A stretch of 32,000 nucleotides of DNA from Microcystis aeruginosa NIES-843 (GCF_000010625.1 NC_010296.1:270001-302000), one strand, 5' to 3'; counted from the stretch's first letter, positions 1-9,840 are shown. A program made the numbers and translations. The notes: generated by a model from the letters alone, not told the origin.

Positions 1-85
1 GTTTTAAAAGATTGAAGGTTCTAACTTGAGTTCCCCCTCTGGTTGGGGGATAGGGAAAAGTAGAGGATAGAATTAAAATTTTCAT
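1..85 (-). CDS. Glycosyltransferase family 4-like protein; only the N-terminal 28 codons are present (the gene continues off the left edge)
   Basis: The reverse complement of 85..1 reads MKILILSSTFPYPPTRGGTQVRTFNLLK with no stop. This N-terminal pattern is typical of GT4 (GT-B fold) enzymes. It starts 13 nt after the stop of the upstream same-strand gene. It is missing from the ORF track because it is truncated by the window edge. Confidence 0.5.
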   Translation of the reverse strand, partial: MKILILSSTFPYPPTRGGTQVRTFNLLK

Positions 86-98
86 GGCTTGAGCAAAG

Positions 99-1727
99 TT
101 AGCGTTTGATGACTTTCCATGCGTTGGGTTTACTAGGATAGTTTTCTTGGGATTTAAAAAGTGGTTCTAAGACAAAATTTTCTGTTGATTGTAACTTTTC
201 CACAAGAGTTGATGATGGACGAAAAATGATAATATCAGTATATCCTCGGTAAATATCATTAGGTTGATTGGGATTAGTTTCGAGATGAAATTCTGCTCTT
301 TTAGTCAGATGAGAATAGACATTATGGTTAACTAAATAACTCATGGTTAAGGCATCAGCAAAATCATCATATAGAACTACAGGTTTCTCTAATTTGTTCA
401 ATTTTTGAGCTATTGCTGGGTAATCAGGTGCTCCAAATGCCCACCAAGAAGGAGAACTAGCTATGATCCAAGATGATAGCAATCCCAATAGTAAAAGGCT
501 AGAAATGATGATTTTACTCAGTTGTCTTTGCCAGCTTAAACGAGAATAAAAAAGATAAGCTATCAAAGCAGTTGCTGCTAATTGCCAACCGATAGCGTAG
601 GGCAACATATAACGTAATCGAACAGAAAACCCTGTTCCCGAGATAGCGTCTTTTATCATCAAAATCCCTCCCCCACCAATTAGCAAAGCGAGAATCATCC
701 AGTTTTTATTTTTGCCAGCATTAAAAATTAAAAATACTACAGATGTCAAAAGAAAAACTAGAAGAAAAATCCAAGAAGTTCTTTGTAATAAGAGAAAAGA
801 GTCAGTATCCTTAATCCAGCCATCATTTAGATCGATAAAAATACGAAGCACCCCTCTCATCCAATCTTTAATTAACCCAGTGATTGGGATATTTTGTTCA
901 GCCGGTTGTTCCACAGAATATCCGAATAACCCTGGCTTGGTTAGAAACAGATAGAACCAGGGCATAAAAAGTGAAATTCCTAACAGCGATGATAGAATAT
1001 AGTTCTTAACATTCTTAGTAATTCTGCCTCTGGAATCAATAATTATATAAAGAGCATGACTAATTATTACAAAAGCGAAAAGAATATTAGAATATAACCC
1101 GAAAGCAACGGTAAATGTATAGAGCAACCAATTAATTTTTTTGGGAACTCGTAAGCTGTGAAGTAAAGTTGCACTAGATAATAGAGTAAAGGCTGTAATT
1201 AGACTATAAGTTCTGACGATCTGGGAATATTGGAGTTGTAATGGAGAAATTGCGAAAATTGCCGTCCCTAACCAAGCGATAGATGCTGATTGAAATAATT
1301 CCCAACATAGCCAATACATAAAAGGGAGAGAAAACAAACTAATAAAAGCTGAACAACTTCGAGTGATTATCGCAGGCTCGGTAAGGAATAAGCTCCAGAA
1401 TCTTGACCAAATTTGCACCATGAAAGCATATAAAGGCGGAAAGACGTAAGGTCGCTCAAGCAGGCGCTTAAAACTATCGAAAATACCTTCATCTGTGTTA
1501 TATCTTTGATAGTTTTGTAATTCCGAGGCAGAGACAATTTTAACATCGATAATGTTCGCTATATTTTGCCCGTAGATATAGGTTGTACTAAAAGCTTCAT
1601 CATTAGAATATAATTTGCCATCTAAATTATAAAATCTCAGGAAAATCCCCAAAATTAAACTGATTAATACTAAAGCTTTTAACCAATTGGGAATTTTCAA
1701 GAATCCAGCTTTAAGTTCCATTAACAT
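99..1727 (-). CDS. Polytopic membrane glycosyltransferase, GT-C fold (ArnT/PMT, GT39-like)
   Basis: 542 aa with more than 10 hydrophobic segments. It has an N-terminal TM helix followed by an LYSNDEA-type first-loop acidic motif and a soluble C-terminal domain of about 100 aa. It sits in an operon with GT2 and GDP-mannose dehydratase genes. Confidence 0.6.
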   Translation of the reverse strand: MLMELKAGFLKIPNWLKALVLISLILGIFLRFYNLDGKLYSNDEAFSTTYIYGQNIANIIDVKIVSASELQNYQRYNTDEGIFDSFKRLLERPYVFPPLYAFMVQIWSRFWSLFLTEPAIITRSCSAFISLFSLPFMYWLCWELFQSASIAWLGTAIFAISPLQLQYSQIVRTYSLITAFTLLSSATLLHSLRVPKKINWLLYTFTVAFGLYSNILFAFVIISHALYIIIDSRGRITKNVKNYILSSLLGISLFMPWFYLFLTKPGLFGYSVEQPAEQNIPITGLIKDWMRGVLRIFIDLNDGWIKDTDSFLLLQRTSWIFLLVFLLTSVVFLIFNAGKNKNWMILALLIGGGGILMIKDAISGTGFSVRLRYMLPYAIGWQLAATALIAYLFYSRLSWQRQLSKIIISSLLLLGLLSSWIIASSPSWWAFGAPDYPAIAQKLNKLEKPVVLYDDFADALTMSYLVNHNVYSHLTKRAEFHLETNPNQPNDIYRGYTDIIIFRPSSTLVEKLQSTENFVLEPLFKSQENYPSKPNAWKVIKR

Positions 1728-1759
1728 ATTTTAGCTCCTTTTTTCTATGTTTTATTTAT

Positions 1760-2713
1760 TTACTGATTTTTTTCTACCATCATGCGGACAATATCAGTCA
1801 TTTTGTATTGTGCTTGCCAACCTAATTTTTCCTTAGCTTTGTTGGGATTGCCGCGACTAATGGCTAAATCTGTTGGTCTTAATAAACTTTGATCGGAAAC
1901 TACATGATCTTGCCAATTTAAGCCAACAGTAGCAAAAGCTGTGGCGACAAAATCCTCCAGTTTTGAACTTTCTCCCGTGGCAATGACGTAATCATCGGGT
2001 TGCTCCTGTTGCAGCATTAAATACATCGCTTCAACGTACTCCGGCGCCCAACCCCAATCCCTTTGAATATCCATATTTCCTAAGTGTAAAGTATCGGGAC
2101 TTCCTTGGGCAATTCTAGCCACGGCAGCAATAATTTTTTGGGTAACAAAGCGCTCGGGACGCAGGGGAGATTCATGATTGAAAAGTATGCCTGAACAGGC
2201 AAAAATTCCGTAGGCTTCTCGATAATTAGCCACTTCCCAAAAAGCCGCCGATTTGGCCACAGCGTAGGGACTGCGAGGACGAAAAGGGGTATTTTCGTCG
2301 GCAGAATTATCGCCGATATCCCCGAAACATTCACTCGATCCTGCATTATATAATTTAATTTTTGCTCCGGTAAATCGAATTGCTTCTAAGAGATTTAAGG
2401 TTCCCGTGGCAATACTTTCTAAGGTTTCCACCGGCTGCTCGAAGGATAAACCCACAGAACTTTGTCCAGCCAAATTATAGACCTCATCGGGCTGAATTTT
2501 AATTAAGACTTGTAGGACACTGCGAAAGTCGTTCAGTGCCATCGATTCTAGTTTTACCTGTTCCTTGATTCCCAAACGTTTCAGGTTACTAAAAGAGGAC
2601 ATTTGGGCATCCCGGGAGGTGCCACAAACTGTATAGCCGGCTTTTAACAGTAATTCGGCTAGGTAGGCTCCATCCTGCCCCGATATACCACAAATTAACG
2701 CTTTTTTACTCAT
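1760..2713 (-). CDS. gmd: GDP-mannose 4,6-dehydratase (short bacterial type, SDR fold)
   Basis: Rossmann motif GISGQDGAYLAELLL at the N-terminus. Other motifs present are YNLAGQS, PRSPYAVAK (catalytic YxxxK), GILFNHESPLR, RDWGWAPEYVEAMYLMLQQ and DDYVIATG. All are characteristic of Gmd. Confidence 0.9.
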   Translation of the reverse strand: MSKKALICGISGQDGAYLAELLLKAGYTVCGTSRDAQMSSFSNLKRLGIKEQVKLESMALNDFRSVLQVLIKIQPDEVYNLAGQSSVGLSFEQPVETLESIATGTLNLLEAIRFTGAKIKLYNAGSSECFGDIGDNSADENTPFRPRSPYAVAKSAAFWEVANYREAYGIFACSGILFNHESPLRPERFVTQKIIAAVARIAQGSPDTLHLGNMDIQRDWGWAPEYVEAMYLMLQQEQPDDYVIATGESSKLEDFVATAFATVGLNWQDHVVSDQSLLRPTDLAISRGNPNKAKEKLGWQAQYKMTDIVRMMVEKNQ

Positions 2714-2727
2714 TTATTTACAATAAT

Positions 2728-3648
2728 TTACTTTTGAGGGTTTAACATCGCCTTGGCGGCCTCGCTTAAATAACCGATTTGTCCGTAGGCATAGAGAAGA
2801 TTATCAAAGCTTTTAGCGGGATCATTGATAAATTTGACATATTTAACCAATCCTCTCACCAAACGCTCACCTCCTCGCCTAAATTGAGCCAATCCCGTCC
2901 TTCCTGCCACTTCTTCCCGGTAGTGTTCGCTGATGCCTTGCCACCAACTACGACGCATAAACCATTGACGATTGATTCTTTCCGGGGCAACATTGTGTTC
3001 CACCAATGCTGCGGGAAAATAGCCTACTTGCCATCCCTGGGCGAGTGCCAGTTCTGTAGTGTATAATTCCTCATTAGAGAGAAGTTTTTTGCCAATTCTT
3101 CCCAAATTAGGGTCAAAACCGCCAATTTTCTCCAAAAAATCTCGCCGAATCGAGTAATTAACCCCTCGCGGAGTTAAATTCGCCTGGCTAATGTATACCA
3201 CATTGTCGCCCAAATCGAAAGCCCCTAAACCCCCTGCTAACTCATCGGATAACCAATTGGGTTGACTGTAGCCTTGCGGCCAAATAAGAGTGACTTTTCC
3301 CCCCGCTACTGCCAGTTTTTCGTTATTTTCGTAGGCATTTAACAGAATTTGCAACCATTGAGTACTAGCGATCGCATCGTCATCCAAATAGGCTAAAATC
3401 GGCGCTCTAGTTTCCTTCGCCCCGCGATTTCTGGCGGTAGATAGCCCTAAAATAGGTTCGTAAACGTATTTTAGCCGCCCATCTCCCAGACGCGACTCGG
3501 CCACTTGACGGGTTTTATCGGTAGATGCGTTATCAACCACTAAAATCTCACAATCTGGGCAGGTTTGCCCTAAAAGACTATCGATCGCTCCTGCTAGGTA
3601 GTGATCGCGGTTGTGGGTACAGATAATCCCTGCTATTTTAGGAGCCAT
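2728..3648 (-). CDS. Family 2 glycosyltransferase
   Basis: N-terminal ICTHNR..YL..AIDSLL.Q....EILVVDNASTD followed by a YLDDD (DxD) motif, the classic GT2 (GT-A) signature. I prefer the ATG at 3648 over the TTG at 3657 used by the ORF track. Confidence 0.8.
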   Translation of the reverse strand: MAPKIAGIICTHNRDHYLAGAIDSLLGQTCPDCEILVVDNASTDKTRQVAESRLGDGRLKYVYEPILGLSTARNRGAKETRAPILAYLDDDAIASTQWLQILLNAYENNEKLAVAGGKVTLIWPQGYSQPNWLSDELAGGLGAFDLGDNVVYISQANLTPRGVNYSIRRDFLEKIGGFDPNLGRIGKKLLSNEELYTTELALAQGWQVGYFPAALVEHNVAPERINRQWFMRRSWWQGISEHYREEVAGRTGLAQFRRGGERLVRGLVKYVKFINDPAKSFDNLLYAYGQIGYLSEAAKAMLNPQK

Positions 3649-3723
3649 GGCTATCAAGGTTACTCATTCAATACCCTAAAACTTAACATTCCTTTGGAAA
3701 AATGTAAAAATGCTTTTTAACCT

Positions 3724-3749
3724 GGAGACAGGAGACAGGAGACAGGAGA
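3724..3749. repeat. Heptamer tandem repeat GGAGACA x3.7 (STRR-like)
   Basis: Read directly: ggagaca ggagaca ggagaca ggaga. It is intergenic. Confidence 0.9.
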
Positions 3750-3764
3750 TTGCTTTTTACTTAT

Positions 3765-3858
3765 AGCGTTTCTCGTAAAGATGAAGTATAACCTAATTTG
3801 GTATTGACGACCGACTCCCCAAAAGGAAAACTTCCTATCTCACCATGAAGATAACTGC
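3765..3858 (+). repeat. Copy A of a dispersed repeat of about 94 bp (MITE-like or intergenic repeat family)
   Basis: By hand alignment it matches the reverse complement of 9308..9401 at about 84% identity (15 mismatches in 94). The core is a near-perfect 50-mer, aagatgaagtataacctaatttggtattgacgaccgactccccaaaag. Confidence 0.8.
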
Positions 3859-3960
3859 TATAACACTCTCCACTCGACCAATCTCAAACCTAATTTGTTA
3901 AGCTAAAAGCTTTGATGTACTTAGGGTTTGCGGCAAAAAGTTTGTTGGTGGGGTTAGGAG

Positions 3961-3990
3961 TCAGTAGCCGGTCGTCAGTAGCCGGTCGTC
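3961..3990. repeat. 14-bp tandem repeat TCAGTAGCCGGTCG x2.1
   Basis: Read directly. The ggagtc...ggtcgtc part is also an inverted match to gacgaccgactcc at 3806-3818 inside repeat copy A. Confidence 0.85.
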
Positions 3991-4164
3991 GGGAGTTTCA
4001 GGCTTTGTTGCCCTCTCTTTTTTGTACTAACTTATGTACTAAACTAAGGATAATGCCAGGTTTTTGATGGTCCCAATCCGATTTTCGCAGCATGAACATC
4101 GGATTTTAACAGGTCAAAAGCCTTATTTTAAAAGGGTTTTACCATTATTCAGCAGACCCTACTT

Positions 4165-4600
4165 ATCTCCTAAATAGCAACCAATAATTTCCCTTGTCTT
4201 TCTATCAATTAACCGCCAAATATAAACCTTTATCGTCTTAGAAAAAACCCAAGACCACATCTCATCACATTCTCTAACCAATTTACCTTTTGGTTTGTCC
4301 GAAACCTTTATTTGACGGGGAACAGCCGCCAGTTTATTGTTGACATAGTTTTGTAACCATGACCAACTTACCCCTGTTACTCTAGCAATTCCTCGTCAGG
4401 AAATTCGTTCGAGTAAGAGTTTATCAATTAATTGTTTGGTTTGGTCAGAGACGGTTTTATTAGTGGGATTGATCACAAACTGACGACCACATTCTTTACC
4501 TTGACGTTTGGGTTTTCCATTATGAATAGAACCATTCTTGATAGTATGGTGAGAACCACAATTAGGACAGGGGAATAGAGGTGAAGGGGGGACTTTGTTC
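4165..4600 (-). pseudogene. IS1-family transposase fragment: N-terminal part only, with an in-frame TGA
   Basis: The minus strand reads ...PCPNCGSHHTIKNGSIHNGKPKRQGKECGRQFVINPTNKTVSDQTKQLIDKLLLERIS*RGIARVTGVSWSWLQNYVNNKLAAVPRQIKVSDKPKGKLVRECDEMWSWVFSKTIKVYIWRLIDRKTREIIGCYLGDK*. This shows the zinc-ribbon plus HTH of InsA-like proteins and the start of the InsB-like DDE region. There is an in-frame stop at 4396-4398, no start codon, and the region downstream of GD is missing. Confidence 0.7.
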
Positions 4601-4871
4601 GGTGCTAGACTGATATTTGAGTAAGCCAGACAGGAGCCAGAAAAAGATATTTATTAGAAAAGTCATGATCAAGCTAGAGGTTTAAAGACTGAGCGGGTTG
4701 CAATTATTTTTATTAATAAATATTTTACACAATTCATACCAGGTAAGCAAGAGAGCTACGCCACTACTACCGAATCATTACCATTTTTCGGGGTTAGCTT
4801 ATTTACATTCCTATTATCCGACATAATTGCTTTGACAGACCAGTAGCCTATACTCAACGGATTTAGTATTA

Positions 4872-6554
4872 TTACTTCTGAGGATTTGACTGAATACCAA
4901 AAGCAGGACTTTGATAATCTTCCGGCAGATAATTTTCAGGAATAGTGCTGTGATTGCCATCCCGGAGAGCCTTGTAGTGAGGAGACATAATTTCGATACC
5001 GACTTCGTTACATTTATCCTGAATATTTTGATGCAATTCAGAATAAATATACACCATTTTGCTAGGATGATCGGTGTAGGCATTTAGCTGATAGCTGACA
5101 TAAAAATCATCGAGACTGGTTTGCAAGACAAAAGGAGCAGGTTCTGAGACAATAAATTTGGTTGCTAAGGCTGCTTCTTTCAGGGTTGTGTGAACCTTAC
5201 GCCAAGGTAAATCATAACCGAGAGTGACTGTGGTTTGCAAAATTAAAGGCTGTTTGAATTCCCTTTGGGAGACACTAAAGTTAATCACATTGGTGTTTAA
5301 CAGCGATGAATTAGGAATCGTGATAATTCTATTAGCTGGTGTGCGAATACGGGTGACTAATAATCCTTTTTCAATCACATCTCCAATAACATCACCAATA
5401 GAAATTTTATCTCCTAGTTGAAAAGAGCGGGTATAGATGAGGATAATTCCTCCTACCACGTTAGCGATAGCAGAGGTGGAACCCAAGGAAAATAGCACCC
5501 CTAAAAATACCGACACCCCCTGAAAAGCAGGAGAATTAAATCCGGGTAGATAGGGAAAAGCGATGACTATAGCTAAGGCAATTATCAGCAGTGACAGTAA
5601 ATTATAGGTTGGTTTTGCCCAATCGGGATAGAAACCATGGATTACTAAATTTTCTCTTTCCAATCCAGTGAAAAATGGTTTAATTGCTCTCAACAGATAG
5701 TGAGTTATAAAAACAATTAGCAGTATAATAAAAATATTGGGTAAATATTTTGCTATCTCTTGGGAAATAACTTCCAAAGCACTAAAAAAGTATTGCAGAA
5801 AACCATCACCAAATTTTCTAGTCCAGGGAAAAAGACGAAGGACAAAAGTTAAATAAAAATAGAGAATAGTTAAAATAATTAGAGTTCGGATAAATTGCAA
5901 AACTCTCAGGCAACAAATTCCTATTGTCTGGGAACTAATAATCTCAAAATTTTGGAATACGACCCCAGGAACTAGGGAGGTGATTAATCTCTGAATCTGG
6001 GGAAAAACCCGCGAAGATATAAAAATTATTACCCAGAAAATTAAGACCGTGGCCAAGGTAGCACTTACCGTCAAAGTTGCATCTTTTAAGAGGTTATCCG
6101 GTTGACGTTCTTGACGATAACGGACAATGGCCGCTTTAATCTTTGCTAAAGCTCGTTCGGCCAATACTTCTTGACTTACTGAGTGTAATTTGGCATCTTT
6201 AGAAGTAATAGTAGCAATAACCGTATCTCCCAAAATAATCGAGGGGTTTTTGTCTTCAGGATCGATTTTTATGGTTAAATCTTCAGGAGAAAGAGCATCG
6301 TCATCGGCAATTTTTTCAATTCTGGTTGTAATCGATTTCGCTCTTTCTTGCGCTGAAAAAGAACCTATTCCCTGCCGAATCGTAAAAAGTTCTTGATTAT
6401 CAAGCATGACGGGAAAAACTTCTCCCAAAGTTTCCAGGGGTGTTTCCTGTCCCTGTTTAGCAGGATTATTCTGGGCTGCTATCATGAAGATAGGGGATAA
6501 AGTCAGTAACAAAACTAAACAAAACAGCCCTAGGTAACGCCAGATTTTTTGCAT
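4872..6554 (-). CDS. Mechanosensitive ion channel family protein (MscS-like, large form with a periplasmic N-domain)
   Basis: Signal-peptide-like N-terminus and several TM helices. The MscS beta-domain signature is present: FQLGDKISIGDVIGDVIEKGLLVTRIRTPANRIITIPNSSLLNTNVINFS. Confidence 0.85.
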   Translation of the reverse strand: MQKIWRYLGLFCLVLLLTLSPIFMIAAQNNPAKQGQETPLETLGEVFPVMLDNQELFTIRQGIGSFSAQERAKSITTRIEKIADDDALSPEDLTIKIDPEDKNPSIILGDTVIATITSKDAKLHSVSQEVLAERALAKIKAAIVRYRQERQPDNLLKDATLTVSATLATVLIFWVIIFISSRVFPQIQRLITSLVPGVVFQNFEIISSQTIGICCLRVLQFIRTLIILTILYFYLTFVLRLFPWTRKFGDGFLQYFFSALEVISQEIAKYLPNIFIILLIVFITHYLLRAIKPFFTGLERENLVIHGFYPDWAKPTYNLLSLLIIALAIVIAFPYLPGFNSPAFQGVSVFLGVLFSLGSTSAIANVVGGIILIYTRSFQLGDKISIGDVIGDVIEKGLLVTRIRTPANRIITIPNSSLLNTNVINFSVSQREFKQPLILQTTVTLGYDLPWRKVHTTLKEAALATKFIVSEPAPFVLQTSLDDFYVSYQLNAYTDHPSKMVYIYSELHQNIQDKCNEVGIEIMSPHYKALRDGNHSTIPENYLPEDYQSPAFGIQSNPQK

Positions 6555-6557
6555 CTT

Positions 6558-7655
6558 CTAAGCCACAATTGCACAGGAGCGATCGAGTTTAATACCTCTT
6601 TTTTTCATCGTAGCATGGAATAGTTCTGTGGATAACACCTGTTCCACCGGATAAATCCCGGCTTTTTGGAGTTTTGCCGCTAAGATTAATTCTGCCACGC
6701 TGCCAGTTCCCCAACCCGCTGCTTGAGCAGTATTCTCGTGAAGCATAGTTGCTTGATAAACTGCTTTTTGCTGCCCTTGCCATCCGGCCACTTTTGCTAA
6801 CATTGCTACCCCAATTCCCGAAAATTTATCGGTTACTTCTGTCATGCGATAACTAACTTGGGAAAAAAACTCGATTCCCCGAGAACTTTCTACCCAAGCA
6901 TCGGGAAAAATATGGGCAGTAATCCAAGTTAAATGATTATAAAAATCGGGAATAGAACCAAATTTTGTAATCACATTTTGCACTTGAAAAGATTCAGCAA
7001 AAGTATAGGTTTCTGGCATATCAAACCAATAAACACCAGTTTTACCTAAAGGAGCGGGAAAGTCAATTACTTCTCTAGCAGTATAGGGTTTAATCTCTTG
7101 CCATTGTCCCTCAATCCAAGCTAAAAAAGGCTTTTTTAAGCCGAGAAAAGTAGTCTGCATCACGGTTAATCCCGCACCTCCTGAACCAGCTACGGCATAA
7201 TTTAAACAGATCGTTTCTACCCTATCTAACTGTTCCACTCCCTCTCGCACTATACTATTAGAAATACCGGGGAAAATTCCCGTATTAACCACGGCAGTTA
7301 TTCCCGCTTTTATCGCTAATTCTCGATAGGGAATTAACTTTTGATAAAAAGAACGATGATCACTAACATCAATATAATTGACTTTTTCTTCGATGCAAAT
7401 TTTTACTACCCTGCCATCGCGATAATGAAAGGGACCGGCACAATGAATAACTAAATCACTCTTTTTAATTGCCTGTCTAAGCTTGTCTATTTCTTCTAAA
7501 TCTAAAGCCAAAAACTGCATTCTTGGCAGTAATTTAATCGCTTTTTCCTTCCGTCCAGTGACAATAATTTTAGCTGCAGTATGATTAATAATATCTAGGG
7601 CGACACTTTGACCAATGCGACCAGTGCCACCTAAAATTAAAACAGTTTTTTCCAT
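6558..7655 (-). CDS. Saccharopine dehydrogenase-like NAD(P)-binding oxidoreductase
   Basis: N-terminal VLILGGTGRIGQSVALDI Rossmann motif. Length and overall pattern fit the saccharopine dehydrogenase family. I prefer the ATG at 7655 (MEKTV...) over the TTG at 7667. Confidence 0.65.
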   Translation of the reverse strand: MEKTVLILGGTGRIGQSVALDIINHTAAKIIVTGRKEKAIKLLPRMQFLALDLEEIDKLRQAIKKSDLVIHCAGPFHYRDGRVVKICIEEKVNYIDVSDHRSFYQKLIPYRELAIKAGITAVVNTGIFPGISNSIVREGVEQLDRVETICLNYAVAGSGGAGLTVMQTTFLGLKKPFLAWIEGQWQEIKPYTAREVIDFPAPLGKTGVYWFDMPETYTFAESFQVQNVITKFGSIPDFYNHLTWITAHIFPDAWVESSRGIEFFSQVSYRMTEVTDKFSGIGVAMLAKVAGWQGQQKAVYQATMLHENTAQAAGWGTGSVAELILAAKLQKAGIYPVEQVLSTELFHATMKKRGIKLDRSCAIVA

Positions 7656-7747
7656 GGCAACTATCAATAATATTTGTTGCCCTAGTATAGCATCCTCTTG
7701 GCAATTTTGCCTATTTTACAAGATGAAAAATTGAGAATAATCACAAC

Positions 7748-9202
7748 TTATTTAATGCGTCCGAGGGGCAAGAAAATAGTTAAAATCTCACCTTCTTCGG
7801 GTTTTTCACGCACAATCAATTTACCTCCCAAAGCTTGAAAAAGGTTTTTAGTCACCTTCATATTCAGACTTAAACTACCGGTTTCTGGTTGAAACATTAG
7901 GACTTTTCCCAAAGCTTTGAGGGTAAGATTAGGCGATTTTACCTGAGTTTGGAACTGCATTTTTAATTGATTTCCTGCCGTTGATATATGTACTTGCAAC
8001 AGGCCACCACTAGCCATACTGCGAGTACATTTTTCCACGACTCCATTTAACATTTGATCCAATAAATTCGGGTCACTAATTACCGAAGGCAATTTTTTCG
8101 GTACATTAACTTCTAAATTGACATTGCGCCGTTTAGCTTGTTTTTGCCACCGGGGAATACTATCTTGAAAGACTTTTTCTAGAGCAATTGGAATTAATTG
8201 AATCGGTTTATCCCCCAGAGGATTAATACCCAATTCTGCGGCTCGGAAAATTAATTCCATGCGCTGAATTTGTTCACTACATTCTAAATCGATTGTTTCT
8301 AAATATTTCTGCACATCTTCCGTTACTTTTGCCCGTTTTAATAATAATCGGGTAATGGTGCGAATGGTGGTTAAAGGGGTGCGAATTTCGTGGGTTAAAG
8401 CGCGCAATAATTCCAAATCACAACCCGATTCTAAATTAGAATTATCTTCCTTTGGCGGAGTGATTTCGGCATTGATAGGCGATTTCGTTTTTTTCAGGTC
8501 TAAATTAGGCTGGTTGGGTAAATTTTGCAGTAATTGGCGACTAAATTGGCTAACTAGACGATAATCCGGCGAGGGACTGCCATTAGCCTCGATAATTGCC
8601 TCTAAAGTCCCGATTTGCGGATAACGCAGATTAACTAATCGTTGCCGCAACTGCTGCCAGGCTTGCTGGGTGAGGACGGGATCAAAGGAAAATTGAAAAG
8701 AGGACAAACCCCACTGATCCTCGCCTAAAACCAGCAAAAGAGCGAAACTTTCGCTAAAAACCAGACAAAATCTTTCATTAGCAATCGGATCCGTTGGCAA
8801 GAGAGGCAATTCATGAATCTCCGTCGGGGAAACATCGGCGGCGGATTTTTCCTGAGAAGGCAATTGAAAACCCGGCCATTGTAAATGTTTTAAAGCTTTA
8901 ACAGTAAAAACACCAAATTCAAAACCCGTTAAAGCCTTGCTTTCTCTAACTAAAGCCGTCGGACCGGAGAGAATTAAACCCCGACCGGCGGCAGCATTAT
9001 TTTGGTTTTGTAATAAGATATTTTCTAAAGCGGCGATCGCTGCGAACCATTCACTTTCCGCTTTCAGTTGCGAGCGCTTGAGCCATTCCGATAAATTAGG
9101 ATAAAAAGCATTGGGGGTGAAAGTTTCCCGGTCCTGATGGTCAGTCGGCGGGAAAATATCGCTTAATTTCGGTAAAGACCCCTTTAACATCGTCTTCATC
9201 AC
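7748..9202 (-). CDS. Soluble sensor histidine kinase-like protein with a degenerate ATP-binding domain
   Basis: H-box LTHEIRTPLTTIRTITRLL (HisKA). The C-terminal region ends in the typical ...GGKLIVREKPEEGEILTIFLP, but I cannot find the G1 (DxGxG) or G2 (GxGLGL) boxes; it reads GSLSLNM instead. There is no TM segment and the N-terminal 250 aa are of unknown type. Confidence 0.65.
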   Translation of the reverse strand: MMKTMLKGSLPKLSDIFPPTDHQDRETFTPNAFYPNLSEWLKRSQLKAESEWFAAIAALENILLQNQNNAAAGRGLILSGPTALVRESKALTGFEFGVFTVKALKHLQWPGFQLPSQEKSAADVSPTEIHELPLLPTDPIANERFCLVFSESFALLLVLGEDQWGLSSFQFSFDPVLTQQAWQQLRQRLVNLRYPQIGTLEAIIEANGSPSPDYRLVSQFSRQLLQNLPNQPNLDLKKTKSPINAEITPPKEDNSNLESGCDLELLRALTHEIRTPLTTIRTITRLLLKRAKVTEDVQKYLETIDLECSEQIQRMELIFRAAELGINPLGDKPIQLIPIALEKVFQDSIPRWQKQAKRRNVNLEVNVPKKLPSVISDPNLLDQMLNGVVEKCTRSMASGGLLQVHISTAGNQLKMQFQTQVKSPNLTLKALGKVLMFQPETGSLSLNMKVTKNLFQALGGKLIVREKPEEGEILTIFLPLGRIK

Positions 9203-9307
9203 TGACTAGATACAAATTCCTTACCTAGAATAGTACCCCCGTTAATGCTCATCCCATAACGGTAAAACCGAACTCTATTAGCAGTGATATCCGCGTTTTT
9301 ACCTAGG

Positions 9308-9401
9308 GCAGTTATCTTAATAGTGAGGTACAAAGTTTTGCTTTTGGGGAGTCGGTCGTCGATAGCAAATTAGGTTACACTTCATCTTGATCAGAAAGGC
9401 T
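9308..9401 (-). repeat. Copy B of the dispersed repeat of about 94 bp, in inverted orientation relative to copy A
   Basis: The reverse complement aligns to 3765..3858 (see copy A). Confidence 0.8.
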
Positions 9402-9840
9402 GTCAATCGGTTTAATGATTTGTAATATAGGTTAGTCCAGTTGATTACCTATGCTGGTTGTGGGGTTCGTGGCTCAATTCAACCTCGATAAGTCTGATAT
9501 TTAATTACACCTGCCGACTTATGTGTTTTTTTGTTACATTTAAGTATTTTTTTTGTTTATCTATGGTTATCATAGAGCAAGTTAAATTGTTCCCAAATTA
9601 TTTCCCTAACTAACTGATCTTTGATCCCAAAACCTTTTGCCTTGGCATTACGTCAATGGTAAGAATTATCTCTAAATTAAGCTTTAGAGTAGCATTATTG
9701 CTGCCAAATTTTTCAGTAAAAATTGCTATAAAACAATAGTAAATTTTTGTAAAATATGATTTTTATTAGTTTAATTGAGGTAGAGTATATTCAGAGTAAT
9801 TGATCAATAAATAAACATTGAAGAAACTGGAGGTATACAG

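Noticed and set aside
33-52. Hairpin ccccctctggttggggga that could be a terminator for the GT-C gene
   Set aside because: It lies inside the coding N-terminus of the next minus-strand gene (it encodes ..YPPTRGG..) and has no following U-run on the minus strand.
1760-2713. Absence of a partner GDP-4-keto-6-deoxymannose reductase or epimerase next to gmd as a possible anomaly
   Set aside because: The operon continues beyond the left window edge and partner genes are often unlinked, so this cannot be judged from this window.
3724-3990. Tandem repeats considered as a possible CRISPR array
   Set aside because: The units are 7 and 14 bp with no spacers, and no cas genes are nearby. They are simple tandem repeats.
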